Shown here piece after piece: positions 38,955 through 52,264 of a stretch of 64,000 bases of DNA. The DNA is from Lama glama (lineage: Eukaryota): NCBI GenBank assembly GCA_028534125.1, contig CM052832.1, positions 14,448,001 to 14,512,000 on the forward strand. The letters run 5' to 3'. The notes under the pieces were generated by a model. That model did no database searches, was not told the origin of the DNA, and saw nothing but the letters and a program-made list of their open reading frames with translations. The position numbers were made by a program, and so were the translations under genes. The stretch's first letter is position 1. Every line of letters begins with the position of its first letter.

Positions 38955-41698
38955 AAAAACAGCAGGTGAGAGCACAGAGGAGAGAGGCTAAAACCACCGC
39001 CCAATCCACGAGCTCTGACCTTGGAGGTGGGAAAGGCCCAAGGCAGCCAGCTGGGTAGTCATCCCCAGGCCTATGAGCTTCAACGGGAGGGAGACTCAAG
39101 GAAAGTGCCCTGCTTGGCCCTGCAACTTCATTTCCCATTTCTGACCCCTCCAAGGGCCAAGAGTGACCAAGCAGCGAAAGAAGCTAAGGGCTGGGGAGAA
39201 GGGATGAGGCTTTAAAGCTCCAGGCACAAACTCAAGGAAATGAGAGGGGAGCAGCACCAGCAGCTTTGAAGAGTAAAATGGAGTCACCCATGCCCTTCTC
39301 CCATACGTCCACCACGGGCAGTTTCACATCATAAGAAATACAGAAAACAAACTAAAAAAGAGTCTGTTTATTTTAAGAAGTACAATTTAATCATTTTCTG
39401 CGCTTTTAAAAAGTAGGCTAACTTGCGTGACATTCTTTAAATCTAAATGATTTCAGAAATCGTAATAATAAATTATGCATATAATATGGTCCCTTCTCTT
39501 TCCTCACTTCTGCCACTTCTAAGCTTTTCAGACATTTCAGGAAAAGCATCTAACATCTTCAGTTTTGGTATGGGTTTTAAAAACAAAAACAAACCCACTG
39601 AAGCAGCATTTTCCCGTTCCCAGGCAAGCCAAAAGCAGATGGGCTGAAGCAGACAACAGTCAGGAAGATGAAGAGGAGCCTGAGTGGATAAGAGTGGAAG
39701 CCAGAGAGGACTGAAGAGAAAGTGCAGCTTGGAGACATAATGCAGAGAAATCCTGGCAGCAAAGTACACACCTTGGCATTGATATAAGGGTCAAAGGGGC
39801 CGTACTTTTTGAGTTCTTTGATCTCAAGAGCATTCTATAAAAAGGAGAGGAAAAGAAAATGTGATGGTAAAATGGATGAAATATATCAAAGCAATGCACA
39901 GCCCCGAGGGGGCCCAACACTAGAGCAACTTGGATCTGCCCTCGGGGTGCCTCAAGGAGAAGTTAATGGGGAAGACAACCTCCAGGGCACAGCGCTCATC
40001 ACCCACTCTGATCCAAGCATCCAACTGAAACAACATTAATGGTTTTTAATAAATCAATGTAGTGCTTGTGACTACTGCCTAGATCCATCAGGTTCTTCAG
40101 GCTACTGCAGAAGTCTTGCCCAGCCCCTGCCCCACCCACCTCCTACCTGCCTGCCAGATACTCAAAGCACTGGACTGCTGTCCCACCTATCAACAGATAC
40201 TCCAGGCGGGAGGTGGTTGTGAGCAGGACAAGCTAGCATATTCAAGCGGCTCAAAAATCCAAGCAGCTGTGTTCCAAGGCAAAAGTGAGCAAAGACAGGA
40301 TTAGAAATGGCGGCTGAAATTTTCTTAAATGAAATGGACTTTAATGGGTGGCTAGATTTTAACATTGAGGAATATTAGTTAAAAGCAGACTTCTTTAAAA
40401 ATTTCCTCTAGATAAGAGAAATTACCATCACTTTAGCTAGGAGGAGTAAAATGCATTTAGATTCTAAAGAAGCAATTCCAAAGAGACCAATTTTCATTCC
40501 TAATGTTATAAAACAAATCTCCTCATTGACGATCTTAAGTGTCTGTTGCTCAGCTATCCAGAAAGTATAGCCTGAAAGGGGGAGGGGAAGCCGATTAACA
40601 GCTATACATACAATCTCCAAACTGAGAGAGCCGGGAGCACTGCTTTAACTTCCTCACACCTCTCAGTGAAGCTGCCCTACTCTGCATCCAAATCCTGCTC
40701 TTTAACAGCTCACTGAGAACGCACATGGTCTTGCTGACAGATGGGCTCAAAAGAGTAGTTTCCTATTTTTTGAGGAATAACCCTGATCAAATCCTACAGG
40801 TAATTTAAAAAGCTCCTCTCAGCAAAGTCATTAGGAAAACAATCTGAGGCTTATGGAGAAAGGGCAGCATCTCTCTCATTCAAGCAACTAAGGAAAGTAC
40901 CTACTTCAGTTCAGAGCAGAGAGGAAAGCAGAACGGCCTGTCACACAGGGAATGCCCACCTCCTCTCAAATGGACCCTCTCAGATTCAAACTACAGGGAG
41001 CTGTATTTCATGAGAGGCTTGACTAGAAATTACATTAATTCAAATACAACTTTTCCGAAGGAATAAATATAAAGAAGAAGAGGTACAGTCTCAGAGTACC
41101 TAAATCCATGGCCACTGTAAGGATTTTTTGCTCAGATGCTGCCTTTTTAAAGAATTCCCTCTGCTTTGCCAAAGCATGGTCGCTCTCAAATTCACATTAG
41201 AGGACACCATGGAAATGGTCTTCATTCTGTCGAGTCACATCCAACCTCCACGTCTGTGTTTTTGTGAGCTCATTTATCAGCAACAGCATGAGTACTTCCA
41301 CTTTCACAAGTTCTGACGTAAGTAAAACCAGAGTATAGATAACTCAGCACTGACACACACTGGGAGTATTTCTGTTTACCAGCTAAAGCTGCACTGCAAC
41401 GTTGATGGCATAAGCCCACCAGTTTCACATGAACTCTAAGCAATTTGGCAGAATTTGTGTTATTTCAAATTTTGCATGAGGTGAGGATTTATAACTTTAT
41501 CTGCACGATTCAAATGCATATAAAATGCACGCTTCATGGTTTAAGGTTTCCCTGATGCACTGAAAGCAGTACTGCTGAGAAGAGAGGAATCACTCGAGGC
41601 CACAGAAGAGCTGGTTCCCTGAGATCTGAGCTACGGGACTGAGGCAGTGATGGGGCCTGGCTGTAGCTGAAAGGAAGAAAGCCTCCCTTCCTTCTGAC

Positions 41699-41855
41699 CT
41701 GTTCATTGACTTTGGTGTGTGAGGGCCCTTGATGGATAAGCAACCGCACTATCTGGGCATCTCCTTTCCAGGCTGCCAAGTGCAGAGGGTAACAGCCTTT
41801 AGAATCAGCCACGTTGGTCAGCGCGTCGTTCCTCAGAAGAACCTCGACCACATCC
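41699..41855 (-). CDS. ANKS1A: ANKS1A exon 3 (157 nt): [52 protein letters not shown]
   Basis: Acceptor ccttctag|GGATGTG and donor GAACAG|gtcaga; lies within ORF 41534..41866. Confidence 0.97.
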
Positions 41856-42964
41856 CTAGAAGGCAAAAATCAATCATGACTTTGCAGAACTCAAAAGTCT
41901 TGCCTACTAACAGCTCTTTACGTGTGAACGGCACAAAGCCCTTCCACAGGGCTCATCTCACCTGGCTCACCTATCTCTACCTGAGCTCATCACCCAATCT
42001 TCCTTTTATCCCATGAACTACTTGTACAGCTGCAGAGACGCGGCTGAGCCATCTTGAGCCTCACAACACTGACTCATCGCCTCCCAGTTTATCTAGATTT
42101 TCTAGATAATCCACCTATTTTCCATTATTTTGAAACTGTCTGGTCCCCTTGACTAAACCTTGCAATGTTTCCTTGTTTGTGATGCTGAAACAGCACTGGG
42201 GATAGAATTTACATAAAGGTAGTCATGCAAAACAAATATCATTATTCACCACATTATTCAGAGCATCTAGTGATGTGGGAGCTGGAAGCGGACAAGCAGA
42301 ACAGAATTAAGGTTGTTGCAAACATAAGCCAGACACATATGGTATCACTTGATACATTCAGAAAGAAGGACTTGGCTTTCTTCTTGGTGACACCACTAAT
42401 TAAGCGGATACAAATGTATAATTATCCCCACGCATGTGAGGTCAAAGAAAATCCCCAATGTAAATAAAAACAGCATCTGGAGATGAACTTGGCTAACAAG
42501 CTATAGTCATTTAAGTCTGAGATTCACTGTAATTCAGGTTACCCCACTATTTAAGGGGGGTAGTCTCTACAGATATTTTGTTAGCTTTGTCTAAGATGGT
42601 TATAGAAAAGGCCACATTGCAGAAAATGATCACATCCAGTGTATCTTAGGAAAGTTTAAAGTAGAAGGAAACAGCCATCACTTCTTTCTGGCACATCGGA
42701 GTCAATCAGGTTGGGTCAAATATTGGACAAGTGTACAGGACACCCCAAGGTAGTGAGGGCCCTGCTCCCTGCTCAGAAAAATCTAAGTGGTTCCAATCAT
42801 CTTTCTTCATAAAAACTACACTTCTACTGCTTATCTCCTTTATTATTATGCCTCAAACCCTCCTTAACACCCTCTATTCTGTTACACTCTGGTTCCCAGC
42901 CTTCCTGGCAAATCCACCCACTGCACTCCATGGCTCTGCCTGCTTCTCTCAGCCGTCACAGTCT

Positions 42965-43012
42965 CCCTCACTTGAAGGGCAGTGCCCTCACTTGAAGGGC
43001 AGTGCCCTCACT
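42965..43012. repeat. 20-bp tandem repeat, 2.4 perfect copies (ccctcacttgaagggcagtg)
   Basis: Direct reading. Confidence 0.95.
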
Positions 43013-43655
43013 GGGCTGCTGAATCCTTTAAACCTGCGTCTTCTCTCAACCCTCCGCCAAAGCACACCTTCTCCAGAAAACTTTCCCTGCAAATCCCACC
43101 CAAATCCTAAAAATCTCTCTATGCTTAAGAGAATTAGATAGGCCATATGATTTATATATTTTTCCCCTTATAATGGTTCTTGTGGTCTACAAGGTTAATT
43201 TTATGAGGAAAGAGTGGCAAGTAGAAATAAATAGCTACTTTAACAGAAAGAAAGTTTCTCATGACTGCTCGATCCAGTTTCAGTTTATAAAGGGCCTGGT
43301 TACCTACTAGATTATCCAGCCCCTTTACAATCTGGCCACCCCAAATATGATCTTCATATTCAGATCACTGCATGGCACTGCCCCACTTCAGAGGGGAGAA
43401 GAACAAGCAAAAGAAAAGGTAAAACTTAACCTTTGGTTAAAGGTTTTTTGTGGCTGGGGTGGGGAAGGACATTTAAATTATACACTAAAGAGAAACTCAA
43501 GCATTCTGGATAGACTAAGTTTATTTTTCTCTGTTCTTCAGCATCCCTGCTTAGTATACCTTTACAAGAAGCAAAAAAAAAAAAAAAAAAAAAAAGGCAA
43601 CCCAAAGGCCTGGGTTCTGAAGAGTGGGGCAGGAATGTAGCACATTAATACTTAC

Positions 43656-43736
43656 TTATGGCCGTTCAAAGCAGCATGGTGCAGAGGTGTATACCCAGTA
43701 CTGTCAACACAGTTCACATTTGGCCCTCTCCAGATG
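43656..43736 (-). CDS. ANKS1A: ANKS1A exon 2 (81 nt, phase 2-2), ankyrin repeat: [27 protein letters not shown]
   Basis: Acceptor ttccctatag|CATCTGG and donor CATAA|gtaagt; TPLH ankyrin motif; not shown in the ORF track. Confidence 0.96.
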
Positions 43737-44384
43737 CTATAGGGAAAAAAAAAATACTGAAGTCACAAACCAAATTTTGAGACAGCCAGCTACTTGGAAA
43801 AGAATTCTGTGTGGTGTTTAAGCAAACTGGTTACTTACACATGTCTCCTGCTAAAGGATAGCAGCTATTCACTACAGAAATGCACAGCACTGTAGGCACA
43901 CAATGGTTTGCTGAACAAGGAGTCAAGTGTCAAGACATTATCATTTCATAGCTTGTTTTTCTGCACCCTTCTCCTCACTGGTAACTGCATTATTCACTCA
44001 GTCTGAGACTCATGCTTCTGAATATTTCTAGGATTGTAAGAACAGCTCACTGAAAGGTCACCAAAAATAACACTGAACCAAACCACTCAGCCAATTATAT
44101 ATACTGAGCATCCACTTCTAATGCTGGTGACCGAAGGCTTAAGAGAAACCTCAGCATAGACCAGATAATCAGGGCAATTCAACTAGGATCAAAGAGCCCA
44201 CATTCATAAAAGCACCAGGATACAGGTGTTAAGATGCAAGAAACAATTTTGCTTTTCCTTTGTGAATATGTCTTATCGTTAAGAAAAGAATAACAACAGA
44301 ATCTATCATTTGAGTGCCTTATTCGAAGCAGAAACACCATACTAGGAACACTGAAATGTCAATTCATTTAATCCTCAAAGCCTT

Positions 44385-46200
44385 AATTCTGATTTCTGTA
44401 TCATACCTTACTACACTGGCCAGAGCTTCTAAGATAAGTAGTAGAGCCAGCCTTGTTTTGTCCTTGCTTTGATGAGAATGACTCTAATGTTGTTGGCAGT
44501 CTGAGGCAGACAATCTGTAGTATTTCTTTTAAAATGTATTAGAAATACTGTTTAAATACATTTTTTGCATTTATGGATAAAATCATAGTTTTCCATACCA
44601 AACCAACTAAATGTTACCAATAGCTTCCTTAACACTGAGCCATTCTTTCACTCCTGGAATAAGCCTTATCTGACCATTATCTACTATGGCCATGTCAATG
44701 AATTCTACTTGACAGAATTTTACTTAGGATTTTCACACCTGCATTCATAAGTGAGGCTGGTCTAAAGTTTTTGCTTTTTGTGCTATTGTTATTGGGGTGA
44801 TATTAGTGTTAGGTTTAAGTAACAGATCACCTGGGCAGCTAACTACCTAATTCCATATTCAGGAATCACTGATATAGAACACTAAAATTATAAAGAATCA
44901 CCAGTAAAACCATCTGGGCCCAGAGCCTTCATATTCAGATGTTAGAAGCAGCATTATTTATAACAATAAAATTCTGGAAATAGCCCAAAAGTCCATCAAT
45001 AGAGAAATGATTATGATAACTAAGGTACAGACACATAGAATGTTACATACCATTTATACCACTTTGTGATAAAACAGACTAGAAATTACAATACCATGCT
45101 AAAGAGAAAAAAAAACTATAAATATTGTAGAGAAAAATATATGAGACACACTTATCAGGATAGCGGACTGAGCGCACAAGTTTATTCCATCTCCTGTCGA
45201 AAATTCTGTGAAGTAAAAGAATCCCACCCTACACCACAGAGAGCTGATAGAAAATAGACAGACAGACAAGACTGATTGATTCAGCCTAAGAAAACAAGAA
45301 AAAGTGTTATCAGGTGACTAGCAATGTTGAGAGATTCCTAAAAGGCAGAAATCAGACAAAGTCAGATCTACAGAAACACAACCTAGAAGAATGCAAGTTA
45401 AAATAATCACATACCACTTTTCACCTATCAGACTGACAAAAAATGAAAATAATGACGCTATAAAGTGTTTGTAAAGATCAGGGAAACAAGTACTCTCAAA
45501 TACCACTGGTATGAGTTTAAATAGGCAAATTTCCCTAGGAAGACAATTTGGCAACATCCACCAAAACCAAAAATAGGCATTCACTTTGATCCAGCATTTC
45601 CACTTTCAGGCAATTATCCAACAGAAACACTTGTACATGTGCACAAAGGTACATACTTGTACAGAACTGCTTCACTCTAAGAGTAGAAACTAAAAACTTA
45701 ATGTCCACCAATAGGTAGGCAGTTAAATATCAGGTACACCCATAAAATGAATTATTACATAACTGTTAACAACAACAAATGAAAGAAAAGAGAACAAGTT
45801 GGACCTATGTGTCCTGACATGAAAAGATTTCCCAAGACATGTTGTGCTATGGCTTAGTGAAAAAAAGAAGTCATTGTATAATATACGAAATATGAGCCCT
45901 AGTGTTACAAGTACACACACATACACACCTGTGGAAGCATGTGCAAAATGGTGAAGGGGGACTTTTATGTTCTGTCCGGTACTCAACCACACTATTTAAA
46001 ACACTTACAGTGAGAATGCATTTATGTAGTACTGTTTTTATAATTTTTTTTAAAGAGGGGAAGGAGCCTATGCACAAGGAAAAGACCAAAAACCCCAAAA
46101 CGTTAATAATAAATGGTTGTATAGATGTGTTATGAGTCACTTTAATAAACATGTAGGTATTATGCTTAAAACCTTATGATAAATGTTAAGTGAAAAGAGA
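44385..46200. mobile_element. Cluster of ancient L1 fragments (minus ~44385-44930; plus L1ME-like ~44930-46200)
   Basis: aaaaccatctgggccc, aagtccatcaatagagaaatg, tttgatccagcatttccactttcagg motifs. Confidence 0.65.
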
Positions 46201-47007
46201 GGATATGCATACTCTGAGAGCTAGGTTTTTTGTTCATTGTCAGTCAAGGAAGTTGATGACAGGGTAAGGAGCTCGAGGTACTTCCTGGTCTCCCCATCCT
46301 CCACTAGGCTTGGATTCCTACAGCACCTTCCAAACAAAGAGCTAAAAGCAATTACACCTCTTTGTTACATTTGTACCTCATTTCCTAAAACAAAAATTAT
46401 ATACTTGCACTTAACAATGAATAAAATGATGGAAAGTGAAACAGATTTGGAAAATCTAGAAGGTACAATTTTCATACTTATCTTCAAATTGCCCCACAAG
46501 ACAAAAAAATCATCATTCTATTATAAAAGAGGTGACACTAAAATCCAAAAACAAATTATTTGTCCCAAATTACAAGCCAAATCAGTGGCAGACCTCAAAC
46601 TCCCATTTATGGTGCTCTTGGCACCTGGCCAAACAAGGATTTTTTGGTGTAACCTGATGACAAGATGAAGGTAATATGTGGTCATATAAGGCTCTACACA
46701 ATAGCAAAGTGACCGGAATGAACCAACAGGAGTTGGGAAAGAGGAAATACTAATATGAGTTAAAGCAGTTGGGAGCACAGGTCTGTCAGCTCCGACTGCT
46801 CCATCAGGAACCTGCTAGCTCTTCAATCATCGCCATCCAGGTCCCAAAGTTACCTTAAAACTAAGGTTTAAAGATCCTTGCTTGTAACAAAAAGGCAGAA
46901 CTGAGCAAGCCCTCCATCATTCACTTTTCTCTTTTTTTGGAGAGGGGTTATGGGGGTTTCTTTGGCGGGGGAGGGAATAGGTTTGTTTGTTTGTTTGTTT
47001 GTTTATT

Positions 47008-47765
47008 AAACACTTTTTGTTGAGTTACAGTCATTTTACAATGGTGTGTCAAATTCCAGTGTAGAGCTCAATTTTTCAGTTGTACAGGAACATACATATA
47101 TTCATTGTCACATTTTTTTTTCACTGTGAGCTACCACAAGATCTTGTATATATTTTCCTGTGCTATATTGTATAGTCTTGTTTATCTATTCTACATATGC
47201 CTGTCAGTATCTACAAATTTTGAATTCCCAGTCTATCCCTTCCCATCCCCTCCCCCTTGGCAACCACAAGTTTGTATTCTATGTCTGAGTCTGTTTCTGT
47301 TTTGCATTTATGTTTTTTTCTTTTTTTTAAAGATTCCACATATGAGCGATTTCATATGGTATTTTTCTTTCTCTTTCTGGCTTACTTCACTTAGAATGAC
47401 ATTCTCCAGGAACATCCATGTTGCTGCAAATGGCGTTATGTTGTTGTTTTTTTTTAAAGCTGAATAGTATTCCACTGCATAAATATATCACATCTTCTTT
47501 ATCCAGTCATCTGCTAATGGACATTTAGGCTGTTTCCATGTCTTGGTTATTTTAAATAGTGCTGCTGTGAACACTGGGGTGAAGGTGTCTTTTTGAAGTA
47601 GGGTTCCTTCTGGATATCTGCCCAGGAGTGGAATGACTGGGTCATATGGTTAAGTCTATTCCTAGTCTTTTGAGGAATCTCCATAACTGTTTTCCACAGT
47701 GGCTGCACCAAACTGTATTCCCACCTACAGTGTAAGAGGGTTCCCTTTTCTCCACAGCCTCTCCA
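47008..47765 (-). mobile_element. Young L1 3' end (end of ORF2 plus 3'UTR), running into a gap; sense to ANKS1A
   Basis: L1 ORF2-end motifs (ggctgcaccaaactgtattcccacc, catccatgttgctgcaaatggc); 3'UTR is near-identical to 38697-38940. Confidence 0.92.
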
Positions 47766-47865
47766 NNNNNNNNNNNNNNNNNNNNNNNNNNNNNNNNNNN
47801 NNNNNNNNNNNNNNNNNNNNNNNNNNNNNNNNNNNNNNNNNNNNNNNNNNNNNNNNNNNNNNNNN
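47766..47865. other. Assembly gap (100 N) inside a young L1 insertion
   Basis: Run of N. Confidence 1.
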
Positions 47866-49069
47866 TCCCATATTTATTTATTTTTAATGGAGGTACTTAC
47901 TGGGGATTGAACCCAGGACCTCTTGCATGCTAAGCATGTGCCTGACCACTGAGCTATACCCTCCCCCCATCCCACCCCCCTCATTTTCTAACTTTTACTT
48001 CTGTGTCTCTGGTTTAGAGGTGATTAAGTTTGGCTATCCTACACCAGCACTAAAAATACCTCAAAACAATTACGAAAGATAAGGACTTTCCTGTATAAAG
48101 CTGCAACAGTTCCAACTGGTAAAGCCTTTTCCCTTTCTTTTCTCTAATTAGCATTTCCTCTAACTGTCCATCTAGAAATTTGGGGGAATGGGGAATACAT
48201 TAAATAAAGCAAACAAAAATGGAGAACTATAACCCCTGCTTGGAATTTTAGCTTCAGACAAAATGGTAGTGATACTCCCCTCCACACAAGTTTCTTCCTT
48301 TTTCGCAGCCCAAGAAAAGAGCTATTTACAATCTAGGTCTTCCTCCCTATCACAGTTGTCCTGTTAGGTTTTTCTAAAGCAGTAAGGACCAAAGCGCTGC
48401 TCACTGAAGAACAAAAGCAGAACACAGTGTACCCAGAGAACCAGGAAAAAAAAGCAGAAACGGTCCAAGAGATTCCTAAACAAAGCCTAACCTATACAGA
48501 TTGTGCAGAAGTGCAATAGCTGCTCTTGACCTACAGAAAAAACCCTCAGACTAACCCTGAAGGTCACCTAACTTCAAAACTTGCCTCGGGCACTTGCCAG
48601 TTATGTGACCTTGAATCAGTCACCTAAGCTTTCTAACATCTCTGCATCTGTAAATTCTACTATGATAGTCTCCTTAAGACTTAAATGGCTCATGGAAACT
48701 AGAAGTAAACTGGCTTAAGCTAGTTTAACAGCACAGGATTGAGAAGCTAAAGATGTGTCACAGCGACCCATCTGTATGGACATGGCATTGAAGCACAGCA
48801 AACCTTGCCTTCTGTGACTCAGAATCACTTGTTTTGAGACAGTATCTCAAGACACTGGAGGGGACCAGGAAGAGTATGGCTGATGAGAACCTGTGGCTTT
48901 GGAATCCTACCTCCAAGGGCTCTCTTCATTCATTTAAAAATGGATTACACATTTATACATGGCAGGTAGCACGCCAGATCTGGAGGTACTGATGAATAAG
49001 AACAGACCATACAGACACAGCCCACTCTATATGGTGAGACAGGTGCCGAATGAGGTTCCCCTCGTGGGG

Positions 49070-49460
49070 TCACTCACATGCCTATTCAACAGATACGTGA
49101 AGTGTGCCCTCTATGCACCAGTCACTGTTCCAGGGGCTGGAGATGCAAATGGGAAAAGACAAAGTCTCTGCCCTAATGGAACTCCAGTTCTAGGGGGAAG
49201 GAGAGTGAGTGAACAAAGAGACCATATGATGCCAGGTGGCAGTAAGTCCCACAGAGCAGCAAAGGAAGCACATAAAACAAATATGGGGGATGAAATAGGA
49301 CAGGGGTAACACTTTAAATAAGGTACTCATAGAAATAACCTCTCTAAGAAGGTTACCTTTGAACAGCAATCCAATTAAAGTGAAGAAATGGACAGTGTGG
49401 GTGCCTGAGGGAGACAGGCAGAGAGCATCAAATGCAAAAACCCTGGGGAGGAACGTGCCT
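49070..49460 (-). mobile_element. L2 LINE fragment (3' end); further L2-like pieces at ~12790-13930, ~50580-51430 and ~58650-59300
   Basis: attcaacagata...tatgcaccagtcactgttc...aagacaaagtctctgccct motif typical of antisense L2 3' ends. Confidence 0.65.
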
Positions 49461-52264
49461 GACATGGGGCTGCAGAGCCTGGAGGAGCAGGGAGCGCTGC
49501 CTGCAGGGATCAGGCTTTACAAACGTACCGAGGTGAGCTCAGTTCAGCAAGCGGCCACAGGGTATCTACTGTGCCAGGGTCTAGGCTAAAGGCCAGTGGA
49601 AGAAAACAGAGGAGATACAAAGTCCATGCTGAAGAAGAGAGGGAACATCTTCAAAACATGAGAAAGAGGCATAAACCCTAAAATCCAAACTAGGATGATC
49701 AACATTAAGTCTGTGAAATGGACTCAGGGTTCCTCCTACTTGACTTAAAAGGTCCATTGATACCCATATTTAAATTTGGATATCACTCTTCAGATCTAGC
49801 AAAAACCAGTCCAACATATGGGGTAAAAGTGAAGTCTCCATGAATCAAATAAGAACAGCATAAAATATACTGTGACATTTATGCTGTTCAGCACAGAAAG
49901 TGGCCCTGCTCAAAGGTCCCCTGAATCCACACACCTTTTCTCACTGTGCTGGCTGGTATTAGTCTCACCCTCCTCAGATTTTCCAAATCATCTACTGCAC
50001 CTTCACCACTGTATTCATCATATTTGACCTTGAAACACAGTGGATTCTTTATGCTGCTCATCCATACTATATACTTTAAGCCCTTTAAGGGAACCCCTCA
50101 TGTTTCCAAGAACATAGCACTATGGAAGGAACTGGCCCAGGACCACCAGTTGGCAACTTCTAACATTCGGTTTTTCCCAACCTACTACCCCAGTGTGACA
50201 CGGTCTCCACTCAGTATAACAAACCTGCTACCCAGTATCCATTAGAAGTGGCAACAGTCTCTCGATGGGACATGGAAGAATACAGAATTTGAGATGTCTG
50301 TACATAAAACACAGAGACAGATGAACCATAAGTTGGACCCAAAGTGGCCAGCCCACCTTCACCTGTGACCGTTCTATGGGATCAGGACCAGATGATATCC
50401 TACAGCGGCTCCACACTGGCTGTAAGCTTGCTTCATGTGGTTGCCCAGTCACTTAACTGCTTACTTTATACAGACAAAAAATGACATCTCAATGGACTGG
50501 CAGAGTGTCCAAATAAGCTCAATTCAATAAATGTCAATGCCCTATCTTCCATTCGCTGCAGTGCTACACAGTCTCTACCCTTGAGAGTAGGGAGAAGTCA
50601 GACAAGTAAACAAGTGACAGTGCAGTGTGCGGCATTCTGGGAAGGAAGCATGTAAAGCGTAGCTCATGGGGAAATGGGAACAAGGGAGGCTTTGCAGAAG
50701 AGGAGATACCTGAGCTGAGCCTTTAAAGCTTAGAAGGAATTAGCCAGGCAGAAGACACGAAGAGGAAAAACCCAAATTCAAGGTCCCATGAGTAGTCTCA
50801 GCAAACTGGGGCAAATGCAAGAAATTATGAGTGGCTGGAGCACGATGGTGAATGCATGGATGGAGAGGCAGGCAGAGCCAGATCATGAAGGGTCCTGTAT
50901 GCCACTGAAAAGTTTTAAGCAGGGACTAATCAGAAGTATGTCTTAGAAAAATCCTTCTGTTGACAGCTGGGAGGTGGGAACCTAGATGGTGAATCTGTTA
51001 TTCACCATGCTTGTTAAGATGGTTTGAAATATTTCAGATTTTGGAAAAAAATCATCATGCTAAGCATCTGTGTAGATGACAGACTGGAAGAAGTGTGTGA
51101 TTACATCCAGGGAGCAAAGCTGGAAGTTAGCAATGCAGGCACAAAGTGAGGACCTGAATGAAGGCTGTGGTGAGGAGGACAGAGAGAAAGGGATAGAGTC
51201 AACAGAAAAGACAGGATCTGGTGACTAAATGGGGCAGGGTGGGGGTGACAGAGGTGTGCATTTGAACAGTTCAGTGGCCAGTGAGAGAAAACTGAGGAGG
51301 AAAACCAGTATTGCTTTGTTTTGTGATTGTGGTAGAGTCAAGTAGGGGAGAGAAGGGGAGGAGGCAAAGGGAGTTTGGCTTTGGATTAGTAGAGGCTGAA
51401 ATGAATCTGGACTCCCATGCACAGACATCCAGTCAATAGGCAGAGTCTAAAACGCCATGCTTACACCAGTTGGTTTAAAATGACAATGCTCAAATATTCA
51501 TATGCATGTATGTTACCTTTATTTGACCCTTACGATGATATTATAGAGTAGGAAAGTACATGCTGTAATTTCCATCTTACAGGTAAGAAAACTGAAGTTC
51601 AAATGACTTATTGATTGTCATACAGCTAATTAATGTGGAACTGGAACAAAATTCCATGTCTGACTTCTAACGCATGTTCCTTCTAATTTATTCAGGCTCT
51701 TGACCTTGACTGTTGAGAATAAACAACTTGGAGCTCTGTGGGTCTCCTCCTACACTCGTTCTCAGGAAGTCAATGACTCTCAGAGTATCAAGTCAGGAAA
51801 GGGCCTTCTCCATCACTGACCCTGTGACAAGGGAGCAATGGCAATGAACTTGAGCGGGAAGAGAGGTTCTGGGCAGCTCTCCATCAATTCTTCATTAAAT
51901 CTAAACAGGAGTTTGTCTCATCAGCCTTTTTCTGCCAAAGGCCCTCACTGTTTTCCTCTTCTGGTTATCCTTGCAAAGGCAGATTTATCTCTGGACCTCA
52001 GGAAGGACTGGCAGTTTTCCAACACAATGAAACACTGTCCAAAGTCAGTCTAATTTTAAAAAGACTTCATCTTACTCAAATGAATTTGACACATCCTTAC
52101 AAAATGTTTTCTACATATTTAACTGTTGAGGATGAAAGGAGAGATAACAAGGAGCCCAGGAAACCATCCTCATTGTCAAAGAAGCTTGTGATCTTTGGGA
52201 AAAGACAAAACTTAGACATGAAACAATCAGATAAGCAACACCCAAAACAATGTCAAAGAAATTC

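Larger units (their letters stand above)
46966..47967 (-). mobile_element. Second Vic-1-like SINE, split by an L1 insertion (head about 47871-47967, tail about 46966-47007)
   Basis: Head GGGGGAGGGTATAGCTCAGTGGTCAG...GGGTTCAATCCCCAGT; the tail segment with (GTTT)n resembles the tail of the 21295 copy. Confidence 0.8.

Noticed and set aside
42965..43012. Short direct repeats with a palindromic core (CRISPR-like)
   Set aside because: No spacers, only 2.4 copies, and a mammalian intron context
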